Below are positions 8,191 to 13,652 of a stretch of DNA of 50,702 bases, piece after piece. A program made the position numbers and the translations under genes. Below the pieces are notes generated by a model that was given only the letters and a program-made list of their open reading frames with translations, did no database searches and was not told the origin of the DNA. This stretch comes from Minisyncoccota bacterium (lineage in GTDB: Bacteria; Patescibacteriota; Minisyncoccia; Minisyncoccales; UBA10102). Within the stretch, counting starts at the first letter, position 1. Each line of letters starts with the position of its first letter. The stretch covers positions 1 to 50,702 of the forward strand of contig DASWIZ010000007.1 in assembly GCA_036397395.1 (NCBI GenBank), given 5' to 3'.

Positions 8191-8230
8191 TAAAGTTTCG
8201 ACCTTTGCGTTCCGAAGACTGTCATAAAGT

Positions 8231-8320
8231 CCGGAATCCGCCTTTTCTCCGTTTGCCAACCCGCCACAACAGCGGAAATTGAAAACCAATGCCAGCAACA
8301 AAAGAAAAAGCGGATTCCGG
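8231..8320 (-). other. 90-nt long-stem hairpin in the TasA-like operon upstream region
   Basis: Arms CCGGAATCCGCCTTTTCT (8231-8248) and AGAAAAAGCGGATTCCGG (8303-8320) cover 18 positions. The one plus-strand C/A mismatch is G:U on the minus transcript. The 54-nt interior holds a CCGC/GCGG hairpin. Confidence 0.55.
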
Positions 8321-8492
8321 GCTCTACCCAAAATCCGCGAATGGTAAATTCTTGTTTTCAAATACACTCTGTGGGCAATTTGTCGCGCTTAAAAGGAAAT
8401 TGCGCATAGGAGCGGTACTTGTCACACTACCTGACCCAGCGCTCCAGTCAAGCGGTTTTTTGTCCTATTTTCCCCATGCCTTTTCCCCAGTT

Positions 8493-8511
8493 CTGTGGAA
8501 AACTGTCCTAT
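8493..8511. repeat. 19-mer CTGTGGAAAACTGTCCTAT (copy 1)
   Basis: Differs at one position from 8579-8597. It contains the DnaA-box-like 9-mer TGTGGAAAA (reverse complement TTTTCCACA) and the 8-mer TGTCCTAT, which is also at 8461-8468 and 20461-20468. Confidence 0.7.
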
Positions 8512-8529
8512 CAAGGGTTTTTTGAATAC

Positions 8530-8565
8530 AAAAAAATACCGGGCGTTTGACTGCCCGGTGTTTTT
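8530..8565 (-). terminator. Rho-independent terminator of vapBC (bidirectional shape)
   Basis: ACCGGGC/GCCCGGT stem (8538-8559), flanked by an A-run on the plus strand (T-run on the minus transcript) and by TTTTT. Confidence 0.65.
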
Positions 8566-8578
8566 AGTTTGAAACTTC

Positions 8579-8597
8579 CTGTGGATAACTGTCCTAT
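8579..8597. repeat. 19-mer CTGTGGATAACTGTCCTAT (copy 2), overlapping the vapC stop codon
   Basis: Contains TGTGGATAA, whose reverse complement is TTATCCACA (the consensus DnaA-box 9-mer). Confidence 0.7.
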
Positions 8598-8968
8598 GGG
8601 ACAATAACTTTGATGTCCTTCATGGGAAAATCTTTGGGGTTGTTGGTAACAAGTGTAGCGCCGCGCTGCTTTGCTTGAGCTGCAACAAAACAATCAAGGA
8701 GATGCACTCGTGTGGTTTTTAGCGATTGTTTCCGGTAATCAGCGGCGATTCTGGCAGTTTCTTCGTCAATCGCTACCAGAGGGAACGATTGTATAATTTC
8801 TTCGAATATTTCTTGTTCTTCCCGCAAGGCACGCGTAAGAAACTCGGCGATTACAATCGGCGACAAAACAAGCACCCTATCATACATAACTTTTTTTAAA
8901 AATGCGCTGTCTGGCTCTTCGCCCAACAGTGCTCGAATATACACGTTTGTGTCAACCAGAAAATTCAT
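8594..8968 (-). CDS. vapC: PIN-domain toxin VapC
   Basis: 124 aa. N-terminal LVDTNVYI, acidic residues spaced as in PIN domains, C-terminal LVTNNPKDF, and a small antitoxin-like ORF immediately upstream. Confidence 0.85.
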   Translation of the reverse strand: MNFLVDTNVYIRALLGEEPDSAFLKKVMYDRVLVLSPIVIAEFLTRALREEQEIFEEIIQSFPLVAIDEETARIAADYRKQSLKTTRVHLLDCFVAAQAKQRGATLVTNNPKDFPMKDIKVIVP

Positions 8969-8977
8969 GGGTCCTGT

Positions 8978-9223
8978 TTACACGTCGCGATCTTTCCGGA
9001 TTTCGCGCTGCCACTTTATCACATCAACTCCTTCCCAACCACTCTTTTTTACTGTTCCAATCTTACGCACAAGTCCCGCTAAATCGGCTCTTTTTTTTCT
9101 CTCCCTTTTGAGGCGGTCTGCTACTGCTTTCCGTAGATATTCAGCCAAAGTCTCGCCGGTTACCCGACGTGCATTGTCAATTTTTGTCCGCAAATTCTGG
9201 GGAATAATAATTTGAGTTCTCAT
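8978..9223 (-). CDS. antitoxin (VapB-like, probable ribbon-helix-helix)
   Basis: 81 aa, 9 nt upstream of vapC. The N-terminus IIIPQNLRTKIDNARRVTGETLAEYLRKAV is RHH-like, followed by a basic linker. Confidence 0.6.
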   Translation of the reverse strand: MRTQIIIPQNLRTKIDNARRVTGETLAEYLRKAVADRLKRERKKRADLAGLVRKIGTVKKSGWEGVDVIKWQREIRKDRDV

Positions 9224-9257
9224 ACATCACCATTATACATCTCCTCAAGAGCCTATG

Positions 9258-9656
9258 TCAACCCTCTACTTCTTGAACATACTGGCCGGAAACCCAGCCG
9301 GTTTTTCCTTCTTCCAAGACAATATGGTACCAATTGTTCTGGGTTTCTGTGTATTCAAACTCCTGGCCAATATCCACCTGGCCAACCTTGGCGTTGCTTG
9401 TCCCAGGCCCTTGCCGGACATTTAAGTACCCAACCTCGTTTGACAATACTTTCACGCGGGCCGCAGGTTCCGGGGCCACCAGCTCTTCGGGGTTTTCCGC
9501 GCGGTTTTGGGCGGTTAAATACACCACGGGCTCGTGCGGGGCTGCTGCGGTATTTTCAACCACAAAATTGTTCCGTAAAACAAACACCGCAAATCCCCCG
9601 CCCGCGACTAGGACAAAAAATAAAAGAATAGCTATAAATTGCGGCGACTTGCTCAT
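9258..9656 (-). CDS. membrane-anchored bacterial SH3-domain protein
   Basis: N-terminal TM helix and C-terminal GYLNVRQGPGTSNAKVGQV ... WYHIVLEEGKTGWVSGQYV (SH3b pattern). Confidence 0.65.
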   Translation of the reverse strand: MSKSPQFIAILLFFVLVAGGGFAVFVLRNNFVVENTAAAPHEPVVYLTAQNRAENPEELVAPEPAARVKVLSNEVGYLNVRQGPGTSNAKVGQVDIGQEFEYTETQNNWYHIVLEEGKTGWVSGQYVQEVEG

Positions 9657-9677
9657 TTTGCTATAATTATACCAAAT

Positions 9678-9995
9678 ATGAAATTTCAGGTCAACCTATC
9701 GGGCAAAACGCTGTATTCGTTTATGCGCCAGGCCGGGTACGCCCCCGCCTTCGCTAAAGCTACGGCGGGCAAGCCCGCCGGTGAGTTTGCGTTTAATCGC
9801 TCCTTAACCGGAAGCGATTACCCCAAATTCCACATATACGCCACGCAAAACCAAAACAACACAGCCAGCTTAAACCTTCATTTAGACCAAAAAAAGCCTT
9901 CTTACGCGGGTTCCCACGCGCATTCCGCCGAATACGACGGCCAACTGGTAGAAACCGAAGCTACCCGCATTCAACAATTGACTTTAAGCCCATGA
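9678..9995 (+). CDS. hypothetical protein carrying an in-frame GC-rich insert
   Basis: Start moved to MKFQV (9678), 9-10 nt after a TATAAT box. The segment AFAKATAGKPAG is encoded by a GC-rich hairpin element (9744-9780). Confidence 0.5.
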   Translation: MKFQVNLSGKTLYSFMRQAGYAPAFAKATAGKPAGEFAFNRSLTGSDYPKFHIYATQNQNNTASLNLHLDQKKPSYAGSHAHSAEYDGQLVETEATRIQQLTLSP

Positions 9996-10041
9996 GGCTG
10001 TATCGTTACATTTGCAAGATAGAAAACCTAGGAGGATTGGC

Positions 10042-10407
10042 ATGCAACTATTCCTGTTGGCAATAACCACTCTACGAATGCTCTTTTATAATGCCCTTTG
10101 GCCCATAACACCCCAAAGGCCGCACCCCGCAACGTTGACCGACGACGAATTCTGGCGACTTACGGAAAATTGCCTGATAGTATTCCATAGAATACAAGAA
10201 GAAGATGCCTATGAGCTTTGCAAACGGACAGCAGAGCGAATAAACGTACTCCCGGGTCGCCAGAGAATTCTGGTATACACTATGGTTTACCAGACAACTC
10301 CGTTTAATTTTGCCTGCGATCTCGCAGATAACCAGTTAAATTTTATGTACCATGCGTATGCGTACAACCGCATACTAAACGGGGAAGTATTCCTACCGTA
10401 TAACTAA
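10042..10407 (+). CDS. hypothetical protein
   Basis: The ATG at 10042 is preceded by AGGAGG with a 6-nt spacer. 121 aa; no family recognised. Confidence 0.5.
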   Translation: MQLFLLAITTLRMLFYNALWPITPQRPHPATLTDDEFWRLTENCLIVFHRIQEEDAYELCKRTAERINVLPGRQRILVYTMVYQTTPFNFACDLADNQLNFMYHAYAYNRILNGEVFLPYN

Positions 10408-10411
10408 ACAG

Positions 10412-10447
10412 GGGCCAGTCTTTTTTAAAGACTGGCCCTATTGTTTT
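10412..10447. terminator. bidirectional terminator between convergent genes
   Basis: 10-bp stem GGGCCAGTCT/AGACTGGCCC with a 7-nt loop, followed by TATTGTTTT. Confidence 0.7.
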
Positions 10448-10856
10448 AGGGCAATATCTGGCCTTTAATGCTTTGCCACCAGGGTTTGTCGTATTTCTCA
10501 AGCCACTGCATGCCGCGGTCGTAAATTTCCCGAGGTAAATCCGCGAACACATCGCCAATTAATTCTTTATTTACTTTGGCGATAGCTTCCTCTACTTGCG
10601 CGGAATAGTGTTTAAACGGCGTAACAATGTCGCCAGAAAACATTTCTTCCATGTCGTGCACCAGCGCCATTTCCAGGGCTTTTTGGGTATTTACGCCATA
10701 CTCTGTTTTCTGCAGTAAACTGCACAAAATACTTACAATATAAGCCACATAATACGAATGGTCTGCCACGCTTTCCGGGAAATGCTGCGGCTTCAAGTTA
10801 AACCGCATTACATGCGCCAGCGACCTGTTTTCTATATGTTTAAATATATCTGCCAT
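10446..10856 (-). CDS. HD-domain phosphohydrolase, YfbR-like 5'-deoxynucleotidase family
   Basis: Start moved to MADIFKH (10856). ESVADHSYYVAYI ... ALVHDMEEMFSGDIVTPFK gives the H...HD...D metal-binding pattern of the YfbR/HD_3 type. Confidence 0.75.
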   Translation of the reverse strand: MADIFKHIENRSLAHVMRFNLKPQHFPESVADHSYYVAYIVSILCSLLQKTEYGVNTQKALEMALVHDMEEMFSGDIVTPFKHYSAQVEEAIAKVNKELIGDVFADLPREIYDRGMQWLEKYDKPWWQSIKGQILP

Positions 10857-10888
10857 ACACCCAGTATAGCTCTTCAAGTCCTTCAGAG

Positions 10889-10921
10889 TAAACAAAAAAC
10901 ACCGCTTGCGCGATGTTTTTT
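10889..10921 (-). terminator. intrinsic terminator inside the 5' leader of the HD-domain gene
   Basis: The minus strand reads AAAAAA-CATCGC-GCAA-GCGGTG-TTTTTTGTTT. The T:G wobble in the stem exists only on the minus transcript; it is A/C on the plus strand. Confidence 0.6.
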
Positions 10922-11060
10922 GCGTGCCCATAGCTCCTCTGAATAAGATACCCGGAAGAATCCAGGTGGGTGCCGAAGTTGTACCCCACGGGGCACAAGC
11001 ATTATCCGGCTCCCATAAAAAACGTAATGCGGATCTTATTCAAGAGGATAACCTGGGCAC
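10922..11060 (-). ncRNA. structured 5' leader, candidate riboswitch aptamer of unknown class
   Basis: Outer helix GTGCCCA/TGGGCAC (11054-11060 with 10924-10930). 14-bp P1 with one bulge (11033-11047 with 10936-10949). Internal stems include TGTGCCC-CGTG-GGGTACA. It lies between a strong promoter and an intrinsic terminator. Confidence 0.45.
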
Positions 11061-11064
11061 CTGT

Positions 11065-11092
11065 ATTATATCATGTTTACGCGCCTTCGCAA
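11065..11092 (-). promoter_or_regulatory. sigma70-like promoter with extended -10
   Basis: The minus strand reads TTGCGA (11087-11092), a 16-nt spacer, then TGA-TATAAT (-10 at 11065-11070). Confidence 0.6.
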
Positions 11093-11103
11093 AGCGCTGT
11101 CAA

Positions 11104-11169
11104 CCCCTCGACTCACTCCGTTCGCTCCTCTCCACGAGGGTCGAGGCTCTCGAGAGCGGGGCAAGCCCC
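11104..11169. repeat. composite GC-rich hairpin element directly downstream of ndk
   Basis: Three hairpins: GGGGC-TTG-CCCC, the 12-nt palindrome GCTCTCGAGAGC, and CCTCGAC...GTCGAGG. It shares the CCCTCGAC / TTCGCTC words with the elements at 37786-37809 and 42381-42405. Confidence 0.6.
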
Positions 11170-11775
11170 CTACTCTAAAATGCCGTCCAAATTTACGTCG
11201 TACAGGATTTTTTCCTGCACGATTTTGTATTTCAAAAGCTCGTTTGGTTCAAACCAATGGACAATTTCCTGGTTTGCCTCGTCCACGGTGCCGGAAGCGT
11301 GAATTAAGTTGCGCACGGCCCTGCCGTCGGTATCTGCCATTTGGTAAGAGTCCAATACAAAGTCGCCCCGAATGGTTCCTACATCAGAACTTCTGGGTTC
11401 CGTGCCTCCGGTAAGTTTCCGAACAATTTCCATCGCGTGGGCTCCCTGCCATACCATGGCCACCACCGGGCCCGCCGTAAGGTATTTTTTAAGGCCATCA
11501 ATTACGCGATCGCCCACTTCAAGCGGATCTGTTGAGGGAGGCTCCATACCCTTTTTTTGGTAGCTTTCAATTGCCTTTTCGCCAACTTTGCGCTTCCATT
11601 CCGGGTCAAGCAAATAATGCTGTTCTACCTTGTCTTTGGTAGGCACAAACATTTTCATACCCACCAGCTTTAAACCGGAGCGTTCATAGCGCTTGATAAT
11701 TTCGCCCACGAGGCTTCGCTGGATGCCGTCTGGTTTGATTAAAACAAGTGTTCGTTCTTCTTTTGGATGGTTCAT
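11170..11775 (-). CDS. ndk: nucleoside-diphosphate kinase (long form)
   Basis: ERTLVLIKPDG, GPVVAMVWQG, TIRGDF and NLIHASG (catalytic His context). Confidence 0.9.
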   Translation of the reverse strand: MNHPKEERTLVLIKPDGIQRSLVGEIIKRYERSGLKLVGMKMFVPTKDKVEQHYLLDPEWKRKVGEKAIESYQKKGMEPPSTDPLEVGDRVIDGLKKYLTAGPVVAMVWQGAHAMEIVRKLTGGTEPRSSDVGTIRGDFVLDSYQMADTDGRAVRNLIHASGTVDEANQEIVHWFEPNELLKYKIVQEKILYDVNLDGILE

Positions 11776-11780
11776 ATAAT

Positions 11781-12605
11781 TTATTGAGCAGTTAACTCGT
11801 TTCCATTTGATTGGATAATAATATCACCAATTTGGTCGTTGCGCAAGATGGGGATATGCCCCAAGCGCTCTAGAACTTCCGGGGTCGGATGGCCATAACT
11901 GTTTTTGCCAACCTGGATTACAGCAATACCGGGCGACACCGCGGCCAAAAAGTTTTCCGTACTGGAGTATTTGCTTCCGTGATGCGGTATTTTTAAAATA
12001 TCCGCGTCTATATTTATATCCTGTTGAAGCATTTCCTGCTCTGCTATTTTGGAAATATCACCCGGAAAAAGAAACGAGGTTTCTCCAAACACCAGCTTTG
12101 TTACAACCGAAGTATCATTTACTTCTTTTGCCTGGTCTGCCGCGTATAAAACCTCAAGACGCTCTTTTGAACTTTGCGACCAGCGAATAACCTGGGGATC
12201 GTTTACCAGCCAAATATTTGCCTCCTCTTGCCGTAACGCCTCCTGCCACGAAGCAAAAATATTGGTTTTCTTTTCCACACCTGTCCATAAGACATTTTCC
12301 ACGTCATACGCTTCCAGAACGCCCACCAACCCGGTAATATGGTCAGCGTCTGGGTGGGTAAGCACAACCAAGTCCAGACTTTTGTCTGCAAAAGGCAGCG
12401 CCTGCCCCAGTTTTTCCACCACCGCGTTGTTTGGCCCGCCGTCGATAAGTATTTGGTGCCCCTGCTTTGTTTCTATGAAAATTGCGTCCCCCTGCCCCAC
12501 GTCAAAAAACGTAACCTGCATCGTTTGCGCCTTTAGCACATACGGCCACACCGCCACATTCGCAAACGCCAAAAGCAGTATTGCCCCATACCCAACTTTT
12601 CTCAT
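11781..12605 (-). CDS. ComEC/Rec2-related metallo-beta-lactamase domain protein
   Basis: Signal anchor, then VTFFDVGQGDAIFIE ... LIDGG ... LVVLTHPDADHITG, as in the ComEC C-terminal MBL domain. Confidence 0.8.
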   Translation of the reverse strand: MRKVGYGAILLLAFANVAVWPYVLKAQTMQVTFFDVGQGDAIFIETKQGHQILIDGGPNNAVVEKLGQALPFADKSLDLVVLTHPDADHITGLVGVLEAYDVENVLWTGVEKKTNIFASWQEALRQEEANIWLVNDPQVIRWSQSSKERLEVLYAADQAKEVNDTSVVTKLVFGETSFLFPGDISKIAEQEMLQQDINIDADILKIPHHGSKYSSTENFLAAVSPGIAVIQVGKNSYGHPTPEVLERLGHIPILRNDQIGDIIIQSNGNELTAQ

Positions 12606-12611
12606 AGAAAT

Positions 12612-12620
12612 ATTGTACCA
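12612..12620 (-). promoter_or_regulatory. extended -10 (TGG-TACAAT) 6 nt before the ATG at 12605 (leaderless-type)
   Basis: The minus strand reads TGGTACAAT-ATTTCT-ATG. Confidence 0.45.
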
Positions 12621-12672
12621 CTTTTATGTGAAAGCGGCGTGGGAAATCACGCCGCTTTTGTTTTTGTTGCCG

Positions 12673-12885
12673 CTACCTTCTTGTTGCACGAAAGTTTGGA
12701 TCTGGACTCGGGTTTGCAAATTCACCTTGCGCCCCGCATTTCCTCTTGCAAGTTCCGACCGCAAGCGGGCCTGGCCCGCTTGTAATCGTCCAATTTGCAA
12801 GATTTTCGTGATCTTTTTTCGTGCAAACCTCTGGGTTGCCGCCCCGCACATGCAACAAAGTGAACTGACCCTCTTTTTCGGCCAT
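12673..12885 (-). CDS. small hypothetical protein (70 aa)
   Basis: The ATG is preceded by AAAGGAGGG (4-nt spacer) and by a TTGACT-type -35 about 60 nt upstream. No family recognised. It contains an in-frame palindrome (ACAAGCGGGCC-ag-GCCCGCTTG). Confidence 0.35.
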   Translation of the reverse strand: MAEKEGQFTLLHVRGGNPEVCTKKDHENLANWTITSGPGPLAVGTCKRKCGAQGEFANPSPDPNFRATRR

Positions 12886-13004
12886 ATGCCCTCCTTTATT
12901 GTAGATTGGGAAAAGTAAAGTATCTATCTTTATAATTATTTAAAAACTAAAGAAAGTCAAGCGATTTGCTTAACTTTCTAAAGTAATATCGTATTCTCCT
13001 ATCT

Positions 13005-13172
13005 CTAGGCTTCCGACATGGGGAGGATCCTGAACATTCCGGTTCCGCACACCGGACATGTTCCTTTCATTGCGGGCCGGGTGCCCCCGCCCTTCTTTTT
13101 AATTTCGGTCTTCTCTTCGTTCGTCATTTCTCTTTTTTCTTTGCACTTTACGCAGTATCCTTCTGTTGGCAT
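13005..13172 (-). CDS. DUF5679-like zinc-ribbon protein (55 aa), absent from the ORF track
   Basis: Manual translation gives MPTEGYCVKCKEKREMTNEEKTEIKKKGGGTRPAMKGTCPVCGTGMFRILPMSEA. The CxxC...CxxC pattern with GTxMFRI matches my recollection of DUF5679. Confidence 0.7.
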   Translation of the reverse strand: MPTEGYCVKCKEKREMTNEEKTEIKKKGGGTRPAMKGTCPVCGTGMFRILPMSEA

Positions 13173-13280
13173 AAGGTTAAACGAGATTACGGTTATAAAT
13201 ACCCTGGACCTTGAACTTAACTTATTACTTAAGCTTAAATAAAGCGAACCTATCCGTCAAGCAAGTTTTCCCCAAAACGG

Positions 13281-13310
13281 GAAAACAACAACGCCCCAGC
13301 TAAGCTGGGG
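13281..13310 (-). terminator. Rho-independent terminator after the CxxC-x17-CxxC gene
   Basis: CCCCAGC-TTA-GCTGGGG followed by CGTTGTTGTTTTC on the minus strand. A second hairpin GTTTTCCC/GGGAAAAC follows at 13265-13286. Confidence 0.65.
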
Positions 13311-13327
13311 ACGCTGTGTATACTGGT

Positions 13328-13507
13328 TTAGTTACGGAAATCTCTGCGTGGTCCTCTGCTATCTCTGCGCTTGTTGTAGCAGTCTCTGCAGTACACCGGC
13401 CGGTCTCCACTTGGTTGAAATGGAACCTCGGTTTCCTTACCGCAGTCTGAACAAGTAGCGGGATACATTTGGCGCTGAAATCCTCCGTTTTGGTTGTCGT
13501 TGTCCAC
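13328..13507 (-). CDS. CxxC-x17-CxxC zinc-ribbon protein, absent from the ORF track
   Basis: Manual translation gives (V)DNDNQNGGFQRQMYPATCSDCGKETEVPFQPSGDRPVYCRDCYNKRRDSRGPRRDFRN. The start is ambiguous: GTG at 13507, or ATG at 13468 preceded by GGAGGA. Confidence 0.7.
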   Translation of the reverse strand: MDNDNQNGGFQRQMYPATCSDCGKETEVPFQPSGDRPVYCRDCYNKRRDSRGPRRDFRN

Positions 13508-13618
13508 TAAATTGAAAGTTCAAACGAACCTGTTGTCCTCGTGCCGCTTTTTTACATAGGCACAAACTCAAATACTTCGACTAAGAGTATGCTTGCATTG
13601 TACTCCCTTGAGCAAAAC

Positions 13619-13646
13619 TTGTCAATGGGCAAAAATAAGGTATAGT
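13619..13646 (+). promoter_or_regulatory. sigma70-like promoter, leaderless-type
   Basis: TTGTCA (13619-13624), 16-nt spacer, TATAGT (13641-13646), then 6 nt to the ATG at 13653. Confidence 0.5.
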
Positions 13647-13652
13647 GGCAAC

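Noticed and set aside
8225-8240. AAAGTCCGG, reminiscent of the RNase P RNA CR-I core (GGAAAGUCCGG).
   Set aside because: None of the other conserved RNase P regions (the CR-IV and CR-V type sequences) could be found within 400 nt on either strand. The word is part of the 18-bp arm of a simple long hairpin.
8494-8588. DnaA-box-like 9-mers (TGTGGAAAA at 8494-8502 and TGTGGATAA at 8580-8588, the latter being the reverse complement of consensus TTATCCACA; also TTTTCCACA at 20531-20539). Considered as a possible replication origin.
   Set aside because: There are only two boxes within 100 bp, no AT-rich unwinding element, and no dnaA, dnaN, gyrB or rpmH nearby. The 9-mers are embedded in longer 13-19-nt repeats, which explains their recurrence. 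DnaA-dependent regulation cannot be excluded, but an oriC call is unsupported.
8164-8604. Short ORFs in the TasA-like operon upstream region (8164..8367, 8289..8525, 8422..8604, 8511..8693).
   Set aside because: They overlap each other on both strands, span palindromes and repeats, and have no ribosome-binding sites or family signatures. The region is treated as non-coding.
10936-11047. The structured leader, considered as SRP (4.5S) RNA or a tRNA-like element.
   Set aside because: It has no GGAA-tetraloop/AGCA symmetric-loop domain IV signature and no cloverleaf. Its position between a promoter and a terminator in front of a CDS fits a cis-regulatory leader better.
12049-12918. The 289-aa plus-strand ORF, and similar long antisense ORFs (44360..45460, 45548..46186, 48796..49551, 49461..50135).
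   Set aside because: Each lies opposite a confidently identified minus-strand gene (ComEC-MBL, tkt, gnd, zwf), and each has a low-complexity or Arg/Phe-rich translation typical of shadow frames.
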